Positions 9,505 to 19,675 of a stretch of DNA of 64,000 bases are shown here, one piece after another. The DNA is from Bacteroidales bacterium (GTDB lineage: Bacteria > Bacteroidota > Bacteroidia > Bacteroidales > UBA3663), in contig JAZQQU010000095.1 in NCBI GenBank assembly GCA_045629225.1, positions 8,055-72,054 on the forward strand. The letters run 5' to 3'. Within the stretch, counting starts at the first letter, position 1. Every line of letters begins with the position of its first letter. The notes under the pieces were generated by a model. The model had not been told where the DNA came from, ran no database searches, and worked only from the letters and a program-made list of their open reading frames with translations. The translations under genes were made by a program, and so were the position numbers.

Positions 9505-10734
9505 TCATATTTCGTTGATCTGGAAGCCCGCCTTCTTCAGATCGTCCCAGAAGGCCGGGTAGCTCTTGCTCACTACACCAGGGTCATCGATGTCGATGTG
9601 TCCGAGTTTCAGTGCAAAGGGTGCGAAAGCCATGGCCATGCGATGATCTTTGTATGTGGTAATAACTGGCGAAGCCTCAGGCAGGCAACGTTCGCCGTCC
9701 CAGCTCATCACGATGGTGTCACCAGTGTTAGCATCGTGCACCACGTAGCCCAGCTTCTGCAACTCCTGTTCGAGGGCAGCCACACGGTCAGTTTCTTTGA
9801 TGCGAAGGGTGTGCAGGCCGCTAATACAGAACTTCTGGTCGAGCGCACAGCATGCTGCAATCACCGTCTGCGCCAGGTCGGGTTGGGAGGTGAGGTCTAG
9901 TTCCAGACACTTCGGACGCTGAGCAATTCGATCGAAGAAATCAGCAATGGCGGCATCGCCCTGCAGGCTTTGCTCAAACAGGCCCTTCAGCTGGATGCTG
10001 TGGTCTTGGGCCAAAGCCATGATCTGGAACCAGTAGCTGGATGCACTCCAGTCGCTCTCGATGCAGTATGTACGAGCTTGATAGGTTTGAGGCTCGATGC
10101 TGATGACCTGTGCCTCGCGGTTCCAATCCGAACGGATGCCAAACTCATTGAGCATGCTGAGCGTCATCTCAATATAAGGTACCGAAGTGACGTGGCCCGT
10201 CAGCGAGAGTTGCAGGCCTCGAGTGAGGGTAGGAGCAATCATGAGCAGGGCCGAGATGTATTGGCTCGACACGCTTCCGTCGATGCTCAGTGCTCCGCCT
10301 GACAACTGCCGGCCATGGATACGAAGGGGAGGGCATCCCTCACTCTCAACGTATTCGATCTTTGCACCTAATCGTTGCAAGGCATCAACCAGCAGGGCGA
10401 TGGGACGCTTCTTCATGCGCTCCGATCCCGTCATCACAACTTCTGCTCCGTGGCGAGATGCAAAATAAGCAGTCAGGAAACGCATCGATGTGCCTGCGGC
10501 CCCGATATCGACGATGCGGGCACCATCGGTATTGAATACGTACTTCGACGCGTCGTCATCGAAGGCAGCCAACATCACTAGGGTGTCGTCACATTCGCTG
10601 ATGTGCTCCAGTTCACCTCGTCCGCCAGCCAGGGCATTCATGATGAGTGCGCGGTTCGAAAGGCTCTTCGAGGCAGGCAGGTCTATCTCCACGCCTTGGC
10701 GCAGGTGGTCGGGAGCTATTACTCGGTATTGCAT
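9505..10734 (-). CDS. aroA: 3-phosphoshikimate 1-carboxyvinyltransferase (EPSP synthase)
   Basis: The track start 10737 is a GTG, and the adjacent ATG at 10734 gives MQYRVIAPD... EPSP synthase motifs LPASKSLSNRALI, GAAGTSMRFLTA, RIKETDR and DHRMAMAFA. Confidence 0.9.
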   Translation of the reverse strand: MQYRVIAPDHLRQGVEIDLPASKSLSNRALIMNALAGGRGELEHISECDDTLVMLAAFDDDASKYVFNTDGARIVDIGAAGTSMRFLTAYFASRHGAEVVMTGSERMKKRPIALLVDALQRLGAKIEYVESEGCPPLRIHGRQLSGGALSIDGSVSSQYISALLMIAPTLTRGLQLSLTGHVTSVPYIEMTLSMLNEFGIRSDWNREAQVISIEPQTYQARTYCIESDWSASSYWFQIMALAQDHSIQLKGLFEQSLQGDAAIADFFDRIAQRPKCLELDLTSQPDLAQTVIAACCALDQKFCISGLHTLRIKETDRVAALEQELQKLGYVVHDANTGDTIVMSWDGERCLPEASPVITTYKDHRMAMAFAPFALKLGHIDIDDPGVVSKSYPAFWDDLKKAGFQINEI

Positions 10735-10779
10735 CACTTCGTAATTTGTTTTCAGAAATTAGTCATTTGTGTCCAAGCA

Positions 10780-12027
10780 TTATTCTGCTACAATCCGACA
10801 AATGTTCACCACAGTCATCTTGGCTTTCTCCATTGACTGTACTGGTACATATTCATAGCGGCCATGCATATTCATGCCACCTGCGAAGATATTAGGACAG
10901 GGCAGCCCCTTGAACGAGAGTTGAGCGCCATCTGTACCGCCACGAATTGGCTGTACCTTAGGAGCAACGCCAGCCTCCATGATGGCACGCTTGGCAATCT
11001 CAACGATGCCCTGCTTGCCCTCGGCAGCACGCTTCTGGTCAGCCTCCTGCACCTTTTCGATCATGTTGTAGTACTGATCCTTCAGTACCACCTCGCACGA
11101 GCCAGGGTAGGCTTGGTTGAGATTCTCGGCCACACGCAGCATGTTCTCCTTGCGAGCCTCAAAAAGCTCACGGTCGTGGTCGCGAATGATGTAGGTGAGG
11201 GTGGCCTCCTCGACACCGCCCTCCATGTGGATCAGGTGGTAGAAACCCTCATAACCCTCTGTGTGCTCAGGACGCTCCTCCTCAGGTAATTGCTCGGCAA
11301 ACTCCATAGCCAGAAGCGATGCGTTGATCATCTTGTCCTTGGCGGTGCCGGGATGCACATTAGCACCTTTCAGAATTACCTTGGCGCTGGCAGCGTTGAA
11401 GTTCTCGAACTCCAGTTCGCCCACTTCGCCGCCATCCATGGTGTAGGCAAACTCACAGCCGAAAAGATCCACGTTGAACTTATGAGCACCCAGGCCGATC
11501 TCCTCGTCTGGGTTGAAGGCAATGCGTACTTTGCCATGCTTGATTTCTGGATGCTCGCGCAGGTAAAGCATGGCAGAGATAATCTCGGCGATGCCAGCTT
11601 TGTCGTCAGCTCCCAATAGGGTTGTGCCGTCGGTCACAATCAAATCCTCGCCTACGTGATTGAGCAGCTCGGGGAACTTCTCAGTCTTCATAACAATTCC
11701 CTCAGCTTCGTTGAGCACGATGTCCTTGCCATCGTACTTCTCTACGATGCGTGGTTTTACGTTTTCGCCACTCATGTCGGGGGCAGTGTCCATGTGAGCG
11801 ATGAAACCCACGGTGCTCACGTGCTCCTTGCCCTCTGAGGCAGGCAGGGTGGCGTAGAGGTAACCATTTTCGTCGAGCACTACTTCGTCGAAGCCAAGGG
11901 CTACAAGTTCGTCACGTAACTGCTTGGCAAATACCATCTGACCGGGAGTACTTGGGGTAACCCCACTCTCTTCATTACTGGTCGTGAAGACCTTCACATA
12001 GTTGAGGAAACGATCTATAAGTTCCAT
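10780..12027 (-). CDS. pepT: peptidase T (M20B tripeptide aminopeptidase)
   Basis: The track ORF extends to 12231, but the homologous part begins at ATG 12027 ([13 protein letters not shown]). Motifs [29 protein letters not shown] and GGTDGAQLS. Confidence 0.85.
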   Translation of the reverse strand: MELIDRFLNYVKVFTTSNEESGVTPSTPGQMVFAKQLRDELVALGFDEVVLDENGYLYATLPASEGKEHVSTVGFIAHMDTAPDMSGENVKPRIVEKYDGKDIVLNEAEGIVMKTEKFPELLNHVGEDLIVTDGTTLLGADDKAGIAEIISAMLYLREHPEIKHGKVRIAFNPDEEIGLGAHKFNVDLFGCEFAYTMDGGEVGELEFENFNAASAKVILKGANVHPGTAKDKMINASLLAMEFAEQLPEEERPEHTEGYEGFYHLIHMEGGVEEATLTYIIRDHDRELFEARKENMLRVAENLNQAYPGSCEVVLKDQYYNMIEKVQEADQKRAAEGKQGIVEIAKRAIMEAGVAPKVQPIRGGTDGAQLSFKGLPCPNIFAGGMNMHGRYEYVPVQSMEKAKMTVVNICRIVAE

Positions 12028-12293
12028 ATCTTTCTGTTGTTTAGTTGCTATGTAAATATGTTGTTTTGTTCTTTTCTTATCGCAGGGAGGGACTTTAGTC
12101 ATTATGAGTTTTTGTGGATTTTCAGGAAGCTCGTATCTCTTTTCGAGATCCGAGTCTTCTAAACTCCGAATAATATAACGTGCGCGAAAGCAAATTATTG
12201 CCCTCCGTACATGAAAATTCTCTATTCTCATAACCCCTTACCTCTTCATACCCCTCAAACTGCTCTAAACTCTAACCACTCCACTCTCTGTAC

Positions 12294-13697
12294 TCAGTTT
12301 CCACTAACGATCTTATATAGCGTTTTCTCACCCTTGATCTTGAGTCCCTTCACCTTAGCAAGTGCAGCTTCTGCCACTTCGCGTCGTATGGCTACATAAG
12401 CACAATGGTCCAGCACGTCAATGCGTCCAAGATCCGACCCTGCTAGTCCTCCGTTCTTGGTGAAGAAGCCTACTACGTCACCCTTTGAGATCTTCTCTTT
12501 TTTACCACGGCCTATATAGACCGTCACATTGGGGGGCAATAGGTTCTGACTTTCGCGTTTCAGTGAATAATAGGGCAAGCGGTCGGAGATGAACTCCGGC
12601 ATGATCTCGTTAGGGCCCAGCAGAATGTACGAGGCACCTGTGGTTCCTGCACGAGCCGTACGTCCGTTGCGATGCGTCCAGGCCTCTTCGCTCTGTGGCA
12701 GGTGATAGTGGATGATGTGTCCCACCTCGGGAATATCCAGTCCGCGCGATGCCAGATCGGTGCTCACTAGCAGCGTGATGCTGCGGCCACGGAAGCGGAT
12801 CAAAGCTTTGTCGCGATATTCCTGTTCCAGACCACCATGGTACAGGGCGCTCTCAATGCCTTGATCCTGCAGATAGTGAGCAATGCGCTCGGCTGCTTCT
12901 CGGTAGTTGGCGAACACGATGGCTGTGGCTGGACTGCCCTCGTCGTTCGTTGGTAGTGCAAGCAGCAGTTCCTTAAGTGTTTCGAGCTTGTCCGGCACAG
13001 GAGACTTCACCTGATAGGCTTTCAGACCCTCCTGCACTTCATATTTGCAGTTCGACTCTTTGTCCTCTGCGCCATTGTTCGCATTTTGACATTTATTGTT
13101 CACGACCTGTTGGTAGTCGCTCATTCCCGTCCATGGCGCGATGGGGACGGCATGGGTGGCTGAGGTGAAGACGCGTTGCTTCAGTCCGGTCAGCTGGTCA
13201 AGAATAGCACGCATTTCCTCTTCAAAACCCAGTTCGAGCGATTTGTCAAATTCATCGATCACTAGTCGTTCCACTTGGGTAGGAGGAAAGCTGCCGCGCT
13301 CCAGATGATCCTTCAGTCGGCCTGGAGTACCTACGATGAGGCAGCGCTGCATACGTGAGTCTGCATCAATGAGGTTTTGCAGCTGATCCTGTTCGGTGCG
13401 GAGGTCATGGCCACCATAGCATGCCACACAGCGAATGCCGGTGTGCATGCGCTGCCACACGTCGCGTATCTGCTGTGCCAGCTCGCGTGACGGGGCAATA
13501 ACCATGGCAGAACCCTCCTGAATGGCTAAAGGCAGCAGGAAGGCTACTGTCTTGCCGCTGCCCGTGGGCGAGAGCAGCAGCACGTTAACGCCTTGACTGG
13601 CGGTCTGCAGCATCTCTTCCTGCATCTGATTCAATTGCTCGAAGCCCAGCCCCTCTATGGCATGTTGCTTCACTTTTGAAATATGTTGTGTTGTCAT
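12294..13697 (-). CDS. DEAD-box-family RNA helicase with C-terminal DbpA-type RNA-binding domain
   Basis: 467 aa. Walker A SPTGSGKTVAFLLP, a DEFD variant of motif II (VIDEFDKS), SAT (FTSATHA), motif VI HRNGRTARAG, and a C-terminal GDVVGFFTKNGGL...AYVAIRREVA domain. Confidence 0.85.
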   Translation of the reverse strand: MTTQHISKVKQHAIEGLGFEQLNQMQEEMLQTASQGVNVLLLSPTGSGKTVAFLLPLAIQEGSAMVIAPSRELAQQIRDVWQRMHTGIRCVACYGGHDLRTEQDQLQNLIDADSRMQRCLIVGTPGRLKDHLERGSFPPTQVERLVIDEFDKSLELGFEEEMRAILDQLTGLKQRVFTSATHAVPIAPWTGMSDYQQVVNNKCQNANNGAEDKESNCKYEVQEGLKAYQVKSPVPDKLETLKELLLALPTNDEGSPATAIVFANYREAAERIAHYLQDQGIESALYHGGLEQEYRDKALIRFRGRSITLLVSTDLASRGLDIPEVGHIIHYHLPQSEEAWTHRNGRTARAGTTGASYILLGPNEIMPEFISDRLPYYSLKRESQNLLPPNVTVYIGRGKKEKISKGDVVGFFTKNGGLAGSDLGRIDVLDHCAYVAIRREVAEAALAKVKGLKIKGEKTLYKIVSGN

Positions 13698-13815
13698 GTT
13701 TTGTACTCGTTAGTCTATGGAGCATGATTGCCCCTTCTTTTGCGTGCAAAGATACAAACAATTGCACAATTTTCAAACAATTCGGGCCAAAAAGTGTCAC
13801 TTTGGCGCCAATAAT

Positions 13816-13846
13816 TTTGTCAAGTGGAAAAAAGAGGTTATCTTTG
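13816..13846 (+). promoter_or_regulatory. Bacteroidetes-type promoter (-33 TTTG / -7 TAnnTTTG)
   Basis: TTTG at 13816-13819 and TATCTTTG at 13839-13846 with a 19-bp spacer, 23 nt upstream of ATG 13869. Confidence 0.6.
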
Positions 13847-13868
13847 CACCCAAAATTTAGAATAACTT

Positions 13869-14726
13869 ATGGGTTTTCGTCGACAATTATACAACATTAT
13901 TGAACCAGCAGGTCGTCATAAAGGTGACGAGCGTCTGTCTGGCTATTTCGACAATTTCATGATGCTGATGATCGGGTTCGGCATTGCCCCTTTGCTGTTC
14001 CGACAGTCGTATCATGTGCTCGACGTTCTGGATAACGTCTCTTGTGGCGTGTTCATCATCGACTATGTCCTGCGCATGTTTACTGCAGACTTGCATCTGC
14101 CCAACATTCGTTGTCGATGGCTTCGCTTTGTGGTCTATCCGTTCACCCCGATGGCCATTTTTGATCTGCTCTCCATTCTCCCTTCGCTTCATCTCATCAG
14201 CAGTGCCTTCAAGATGCTGCGTCTCATGCGCTTGCTCAAACTATTGCGCTTGGTTCGCTTTATTCGATATTACAAGCCACTTCGCATCATGGGCAACGTC
14301 ATGAAGCAGGAGGGAGGCACGCTGCTCACCGTCCTGACCTTTGCAGTGTTCTACATCTTTGTGACTGCCCTCTTGATGTTCAATGTGGAGGAACCAGATA
14401 CCAACCACATGTTCGACACTTTCTTCGACGCTGTCTATTGGGCCACTTGCACGCTTACAACCGTGGGGTATGGCGACATTTTCCCAACTACGGCATTGGG
14501 TCGTGTGGTCTCAATGGTCTCAGCCATCATGGGTGTGGCCATCATCGCTTTGCCTTCGGGTATCATCACAGCCGGCTATCTCGATGAATTGCGACGCGAT
14601 CGTGAGGAACAGAGACAGCGACGTGAGCTTCTGAAGCAGAATCGTGAGCAACAGAAGTTGTCCAGCCAGGTTGGGCAGATCATTGCTCCGCCTGCATCCT
14701 CTGAGGGTGAAGCCGATGATTTATAA
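13869..14726 (+). CDS. voltage-gated-type potassium channel (ion transport family)
   Basis: 285 aa. An S4-like segment with a basic residue every third position (RLMRLLKLLRLVRFIRYYK), a pore helix and the K+ selectivity filter TLTTVGYGD. Confidence 0.85.
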   Translation: MGFRRQLYNIIEPAGRHKGDERLSGYFDNFMMLMIGFGIAPLLFRQSYHVLDVLDNVSCGVFIIDYVLRMFTADLHLPNIRCRWLRFVVYPFTPMAIFDLLSILPSLHLISSAFKMLRLMRLLKLLRLVRFIRYYKPLRIMGNVMKQEGGTLLTVLTFAVFYIFVTALLMFNVEEPDTNHMFDTFFDAVYWATCTLTTVGYGDIFPTTALGRVVSMVSAIMGVAIIALPSGIITAGYLDELRRDREEQRQRRELLKQNREQQKLSSQVGQIIAPPASSEGEADDL

Positions 14727-14759
14727 TACGTCATTTAGCCATCTGTAACCGCTAATCTT

Positions 14760-14790
14760 GCGCAAAAAAGCAGTTTTTTTGCGCTTTTTT
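14760..14790 (+). terminator. rho-independent terminator of the channel gene
   Basis: gcgcaaaaaa-gcag-tttttttgcgc hairpin followed by TTTTTT. Confidence 0.75.
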
Positions 14791-14833
14791 GCATTTTTTG
14801 CCACATTCCTATTATTATTTCAAATAATATTTT

Positions 14834-14841
14834 TATCTTTG
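14834..14841 (+). promoter_or_regulatory. -7 promoter box TATCTTTG
   Basis: TAnnTTTG match ending 8 nt before ATG 14849. Confidence 0.5.
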
Positions 14842-14848
14842 CACCTTG

Positions 14849-15577
14849 ATGAAACGTGTTTTGGTTATGTTTTGCCTCGTTTGGTTCTCTTTGCACTTGG
14901 GATTTGCCGAAAATCTCAGGGAGGTAATAGCACGTTATGAGCCAGACATGTCCAAGGGTCTCATTTATGTCAGTAAGATCGACATGACTCTCACCTTGGC
15001 CGACAGTCAGGGCTCCATCATCAAGACCTATCCCATGGCGTGTGGTAAGAGCATTGGTCGCAAACTAGTCAAAGGCGATATGAAGACGCCCGAGGGTGTA
15101 TTCTCCCTTCAGCAGATTCAGGAGGCCTCCAGTTGGGGGCATAACTTCAACGATGGCAAAGGTTACATCAAGCATGCCTACGGACCTTGGTTCCTGCGCC
15201 TCAAGACTCCAGGTTTCAGTGGCATAGGTATTCACGGTACACATGCGCCCGAGAGCATCGGAACCCGCGCTACCGAGGGTTGCATCCGTTTGGAGAATAG
15301 TAACATCGACGACCTCCAATCCCGCGTGACGCTTGGCATGACTGTCATCATAGGTCCTGAGTCTGGCACACCGGCCTCTGAGATTGCGGGAGTCAGGACT
15401 TCTGGGTCAAAACAAACTGCGGGCAAAGGGCAGACTCCTGTGCCGACCAAGACTGCCATAGTAGTCACTCCGATAGTTGAACCTCAGGTCCCCGACTCTG
15501 TGATCCAATACATCCGTCCGTCCTGGAATTGGCCACCGCTCGATGAAGAGCGTGTAGCCACCCCCATCCAACAATAA
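14849..15577 (+). CDS. L,D-transpeptidase (YkuD domain), secreted
   Basis: The track start 14846 is a TTG and ATG follows at 14849. Signal peptide MKRVLVMFCLVWFSLHLGFA. YkuD catalytic His...Cys motif GIHGTHAPESIGTRATEGCIRL. Confidence 0.8.
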   Translation: MKRVLVMFCLVWFSLHLGFAENLREVIARYEPDMSKGLIYVSKIDMTLTLADSQGSIIKTYPMACGKSIGRKLVKGDMKTPEGVFSLQQIQEASSWGHNFNDGKGYIKHAYGPWFLRLKTPGFSGIGIHGTHAPESIGTRATEGCIRLENSNIDDLQSRVTLGMTVIIGPESGTPASEIAGVRTSGSKQTAGKGQTPVPTKTAIVVTPIVEPQVPDSVIQYIRPSWNWPPLDEERVATPIQQ

Positions 15578-15608
15578 TTATACATTATAAATAATAAATT
15601 TCACATTT

Positions 15609-16889
15609 ATGAAAAGAGACAGTCTCCTTTTTGATCTGATCAGTGAAGAGCGTCAGCGCCAGATGAAGGGCATCGAGCTTATCGCATCAGAGAACATCGT
15701 CAGCGACCAGGTCCTTGAGGCCATGGGCAGTGTGCTCACCAACAAGTATGCCGAGGGTTACCCAGGCAAGCGTTACTATGGCGGTTGTCAGGTAGTCGAT
15801 AAGGTTGAGCAGCTTGCCATCGATCGTCTGAAGGAGATCTTCGGAGCTTGCTGGGCCAATGTTCAGCCCCACTCAGGTGCTCAGGCCAATGAGGCAGTAC
15901 TTGCTGCTGTTCTTAACCCAGGCGATACTTTCATGGGCCTCAACCTTGCTCATGGCGGTCACCTCAGCCATGGTTCCGCAGTTAACTCTTCCGGTCTTCT
16001 CTACAACCCAGTTGCCTATAACCTCAATGAGGAGACTGGTCGTGTAGATTATGATCAGATGGAGCAGCTTGCCCTTGAGAACAAGCCAAAGCTCATCATA
16101 GGTGGTGGCTCTGCCTATAGTCGTGAGTGGGATTACAAGCGCATGCGCGAGATTGCTGACAAGGTAGGAGCTATCCTCATGATCGACATGGCTCACCCTG
16201 CAGGCCTCATCGCAGCCGGTCTGCTCGACAACCCTGTGAAGTATGCTCACATCGTCACCACCACCACCCACAAGTCACTCCGTGGCCCACGTGGCGGTGC
16301 CATCATGATCGGCGTTGACTTCCCTAACCCTAAGGGCCTCAAGACTCCAAAGGGTGAGGTGAAGATGATGTCAGCTGCCCTCGATAGCTCAGTCTTCCCT
16401 GGTACCCAGGGCGGCCCACTCGAGCACGTCATTGCTGCCAAGGCAGTGGCCTTTGGCGAGATCCTTCAGCCTGAGTTCAAGGAGTATGCCCTTCAGGTCA
16501 AGAAGAATGCTGCCGTACTCGCAGAGGAGCTCACCAAGCGTGGCTTCAAGATCATCTCAGGCGGCACCGACAACCACTCGATGCTCGTTGACCTCCGCAC
16601 CAAGTACCCAGAGCTCACGGGTAAGGTAGCCGAGAAGGCACTCGTAGCTGCTGACATCACCGCCAACAAGAACATGGTTCCATTCGACTCACGTTCGGCC
16701 TTCCAGACATCAGGCATCCGTCTCGGTACTCCAGCCATCACTACTCGTGGCGCCAAGGAGGATCTGATGATTCAGATTGCAGCCTGGATTGAGGAGGTTC
16801 TCAACGCTCCAGAGGACGAGGCTGTAATCGCCAAGGTTCGCAGTGAGGTGAATGCCAAGATGGCCAACTACCCACTCTTCGCCTATTGA
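15609..16889 (+). CDS. glyA: serine hydroxymethyltransferase
   Basis: 426 aa. SHMT pattern [22 protein letters not shown] and the PLP-lysine motif [14 protein letters not shown]. Confidence 0.95.
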   Translation: MKRDSLLFDLISEERQRQMKGIELIASENIVSDQVLEAMGSVLTNKYAEGYPGKRYYGGCQVVDKVEQLAIDRLKEIFGACWANVQPHSGAQANEAVLAAVLNPGDTFMGLNLAHGGHLSHGSAVNSSGLLYNPVAYNLNEETGRVDYDQMEQLALENKPKLIIGGGSAYSREWDYKRMREIADKVGAILMIDMAHPAGLIAAGLLDNPVKYAHIVTTTTHKSLRGPRGGAIMIGVDFPNPKGLKTPKGEVKMMSAALDSSVFPGTQGGPLEHVIAAKAVAFGEILQPEFKEYALQVKKNAAVLAEELTKRGFKIISGGTDNHSMLVDLRTKYPELTGKVAEKALVAADITANKNMVPFDSRSAFQTSGIRLGTPAITTRGAKEDLMIQIAAWIEEVLNAPEDEAVIAKVRSEVNAKMANYPLFAY

Positions 16890-16941
16890 TCATCTGTCAT
16901 TTCGTACGTTAACCCATACAATTCATACAATCCGACTTGAT

Positions 16942-16990
16942 AAGTTTGGTGCAAAGAAGCAGATTTGCTATCTTTGCACCAAACTTTTTT
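16942..16990 (+). terminator. rho-independent terminator of glyA
   Basis: 16-bp perfect stem aagtttggtgcaaaga / tctttgcaccaaactt with a 13-nt loop, followed by TTTTTT. Confidence 0.85.
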
Positions 16991-17180
16991 ACAATTACTA
17001 TAAAGATGAGTGTGCAGTACGATGCAGATAATAAACGTAAACAGCGGTTTACAAACTGAAAAATCCGCTAAAAAACAAAATAAATCCGCAAATAGTCCGC
17101 AACTCTCATTTTTAGGACTGAAAGATGATGCTCTATTTAAGTTCTCGGAGAGGATTTTGCCAAGAGCTAAATGCTTGATA

Positions 17181-17221
17181 TATAGAAAAGAAAAACCTCC
17201 AAAATCTTTCGATCTTGGAGG
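17181..17221 (-). terminator. rho-independent terminator downstream of tRNA-Leu
   Basis: On the minus strand: cctccaa-gatcgaaagatt-ttggagg followed by tttttcttttc. Confidence 0.7.
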
Positions 17222-17252
17222 CTGGCTGAAGCAGCAAATCTGCCACTTTTAG

Positions 17253-17334
17253 TGCCCGAGGCGGGACTCGAACCCGCATGGCATGCACCATACGCACCTG
17301 AAACGTACGCGTCTACCAATTTCGCCACCCGGGC
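17253..17334 (-). tRNA. tRNA-Leu (anticodon CAG), no encoded CCA
   Basis: The reverse complement GCCCGGGTGGCGAAATTGGTAGACGCGTACGTTTCAGGTGCGTATGGTGCATGCCATGCGGGTTCGAGTCCCGCCTCGGGCA folds by hand. It has a 7-bp acceptor stem (one G-U), a 5-bp anticodon stem tacgt/gcgta with loop TTCAGGT, a long variable arm and a GGTTCGAGTCC T-arm. Confidence 0.9.
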
Positions 17335-17426
17335 GCTTTTGGACTAAGACTTGTGAGGGCAAAAGCACTCACCGTATTAGTGTTTCAGCTATGCAAACTT
17401 GGGTATTTGTTCCTTGTTTGCGGGTG

Positions 17427-17434
17427 CAAAGATA
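17427..17434 (-). promoter_or_regulatory. -7 promoter box (TATCTTTG on minus strand), possible tRNA-Leu promoter
   Basis: caaagata on the plus strand, about 90 nt upstream of the tRNA 5' end. Confidence 0.4.
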
Positions 17435-17597
17435 GAGATTATTTTTTATATCTCCAAATTTTTTTGCAACTTTTTTTGATTTTCCCTGCATTTTCCTTAT
17501 TTGTGGTCTGTTAAAAGGGGTGTAAATGCCAAAATAGAGGGGAAAAGACGCTGTGCGACTCAGTAATACGGGGTGTTTGCAAAATACCTTGTAGCTC

Positions 17598-19643
17598 TTA
17601 TTCGACGCGGAATGTAGCTACGACTCCCTGATGCCCCTCGCTGTCTGTGCCCGACACGTTGTATGAGCCTGTGGCGAAGAGCTGAGAGGGGAGGGTGACG
17701 GTTCCACCTATGGCATGAGCAGTGTGGACCAACTCGTCATGAGCATTGAGAATGCTGACAGAGGTTCCATCGGCCAACCCGATGATGTGGATCGGCTCTT
17801 GACTCCCTGCAGGTACGTTGCCTGGCTGGCAGTATGCTGCACTGGCAAAGGGGAGGCTGTGTTCGTCCACTTCGTAATGATAGGCCAGAATGCCATCGAG
17901 ACAAGAGATCCAGAGTGTGTGGCTTGTTTCGTCGAACGCCAGGGCTAGCACCTCGTTGGAGGTGAGAAGGCAGTTGTCAGTCGTGAAGTGTGCAAGCTGG
18001 TGCTTGGCCGAAGGATCGTAGAGATAGATGCCCTCGCCTGTTGTGCCAATCCAAAGGCGGCCCTCTGGGTCGAAGAGCAGGGTGTTGGCTTTCAGGCCAT
18101 CGAAGGCGGTTCGCACGCGCCCTGGTTCGTCGAACACCTGTTCGGGTGTGTCGATGACGTAGATGCCGCTGGTGGTGAGTATCCAGATGGCGCCATCGGG
18201 ACCTTCTGCCACATTATAGAAATAATAGGGGTGGATGGTGCGGCCCTCCTCGTCGGTGAACTTCTGAAGGGTAATGCTACGGTCGTCTTTTGTATCTGTG
18301 AGAGTGCCAGCATAGTCGTAGGCGAAGACAAGCCCTTTCTGATAGCCTGTCACTTTGCATCCCCAGAGCATTTTTTTGTCGCTATGACGTGAATGGAAGA
18401 GGTGAGGAAGGCTTGTTTGTCCTGCGCATCCCTGTATGGCGAACTTATACCATTTGCCTGTATGTGTGCGTACACGGAGCATCTCGTTGACACCTTCGTT
18501 GACAAACCACAGGTCGTTCTGAGGAGAGAATGCAAGGCCACCCACACGAGCTGAGTTGCCTGAGAAAGCCTCGATGAGTGCTGTCTTGTCGAAGTTGTCC
18601 CAGCGCTTGTTGAGTGTGTTGTTCTGGATGACGTAGATGCCGTTTTCGAGCGAAGAGTAGTAGTATCGACGGGGGGTTGAGGGGTCGGGGATCATGTCCA
18701 TGATGCCACCGAAGGTTTTGCGTTCAGACAGGTTGCCCGTCACGGCATTGTGTGTCATGTTGCTCCACTGCTGGGTGGCAGGGTTGTACTCTGAGAGGTA
18801 GCCTTGGGTGGTGAGATTGGCATTGTAGCCATAGAACACCAAGTCGGACACATGGCAGGTGGAGAGCAGGTCGTGGGCGTAGTGCAAGCGGTTGTTGTTG
18901 CCTCCCTGTTGCTGTCGGCCCAAGTCGAGCGCTTCGTCCCTGACGCTGCTGACCAGTCCTTGGTCGGGATAGAGTGTGTAGATGGTATCACCTGTGACCG
19001 ATGCACATTGGTCATTGGCTCCTGCAGGCACGATGACCGTAGGCGGTTGCTGGAAGGTGCGGCTCCAGCTCTGAGGGTTGTAGAGGTTGCCTGTGAGTGG
19101 ACACCTGAAGGTGTTGCCTGCGTTGTTGCGATAGTAATAGTGATTGCGGTCGATCCATGTGTAGAGGACAGGCAGGTCGGTGGTGATGCTGTAAAGGATG
19201 ACCTCGGCGGCAGGGTCGATGATCATGAATCCGTAGTCGGTACTGACGCACAACATTTCGTTCGACATGAGCACGCGATTGATGTGCTTGCTGTGACCGG
19301 CATAGGGGGTCTCGTTGAGCTCTGTCAGGCAGATCGTGGTGCCGTCAGGACGAAGCAGGTCGATGTTGCCGTCGGCATAGACGATGGCAGTCTTTCTCGA
19401 AGTGGTGCTGTAGGCAATGTCGGCAATTTCGTAACTCGACAACCCATTCTCGCGGTTCAGTTCGCCCGTCAGCTCCCAGCGTGGACCGTTAGCCATCAGC
19501 AGGCGGTTTCCCTTGAGCACAAAGAGGTCGTCGCCAGCACAGAGTACACGACGATAGTTGTCGGCATAAGGGTGGTATTGCCAGCTGCCTGCAAGGAGGG
19601 CAAAGGGGGCAAGGAGGAGCAACAGAAGTAGGAATCGGTTCAT
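17598..19643 (-). CDS. secreted beta-propeller protein (two-component-regulator propeller-type repeats) with T9SS C-terminal sorting domain
   Basis: 681 aa. Signal peptide MNRFLLLLLLLAPFALLAG, Reg_prop-like repeats (RLWIGTTGEGIYLYDP, AIWILTTSGIYVID) and a C-terminal ~70 aa (IHIIGLADGTSVSILNAHDELVHTAH...GSYNVSGTDSEGHQGVVATFRVE) shaped like a Por/T9SS CTD. Confidence 0.65.
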   Translation of the reverse strand: MNRFLLLLLLLAPFALLAGSWQYHPYADNYRRVLCAGDDLFVLKGNRLLMANGPRWELTGELNRENGLSSYEIADIAYSTTSRKTAIVYADGNIDLLRPDGTTICLTELNETPYAGHSKHINRVLMSNEMLCVSTDYGFMIIDPAAEVILYSITTDLPVLYTWIDRNHYYYRNNAGNTFRCPLTGNLYNPQSWSRTFQQPPTVIVPAGANDQCASVTGDTIYTLYPDQGLVSSVRDEALDLGRQQQGGNNNRLHYAHDLLSTCHVSDLVFYGYNANLTTQGYLSEYNPATQQWSNMTHNAVTGNLSERKTFGGIMDMIPDPSTPRRYYYSSLENGIYVIQNNTLNKRWDNFDKTALIEAFSGNSARVGGLAFSPQNDLWFVNEGVNEMLRVRTHTGKWYKFAIQGCAGQTSLPHLFHSRHSDKKMLWGCKVTGYQKGLVFAYDYAGTLTDTKDDRSITLQKFTDEEGRTIHPYYFYNVAEGPDGAIWILTTSGIYVIDTPEQVFDEPGRVRTAFDGLKANTLLFDPEGRLWIGTTGEGIYLYDPSAKHQLAHFTTDNCLLTSNEVLALAFDETSHTLWISCLDGILAYHYEVDEHSLPFASAAYCQPGNVPAGSQEPIHIIGLADGTSVSILNAHDELVHTAHAIGGTVTLPSQLFATGSYNVSGTDSEGHQGVVATFRVE

Positions 19644-19675
19644 AGGCTGCGAAAAACGTTGGCTGTCGGCTTGGC

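Noticed and set aside
10780-12231. Longer N-termini in the ORF track for pepT. The same applies to the radical SAM gene (to 22078), dnaJ (42319), rho (36117), wza (49235) and the GTs at 53987, 55395, 59216 and 60162.
   Set aside because: The extensions run through upstream genes or spacers and have no family-like sequence. In each case an internal ATG coincides with the start of the conserved domain or signal peptide. Coordinates were trimmed accordingly, but the starts remain predictions.
16961-16980. A gctatctttgcacc sequence looking like a -7 promoter box after glyA, with no downstream gene.
   Set aside because: It is the descending arm of the 16-bp glyA terminator stem (aagtttggtgcaaaga / tctttgcaccaaactt) and is followed by a T-run.
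17010-17252. An 80-aa ORF in the AT-rich spacer between the glyA terminator and tRNA-Leu, and possible integrated-element scars next to the tRNA.
   Set aside because: The ORF is low-complexity (K/N/S-rich) and runs through the tRNA terminator hairpin. I found no direct repeat of the tRNA 3' end and no integrase, so nothing supports an island.
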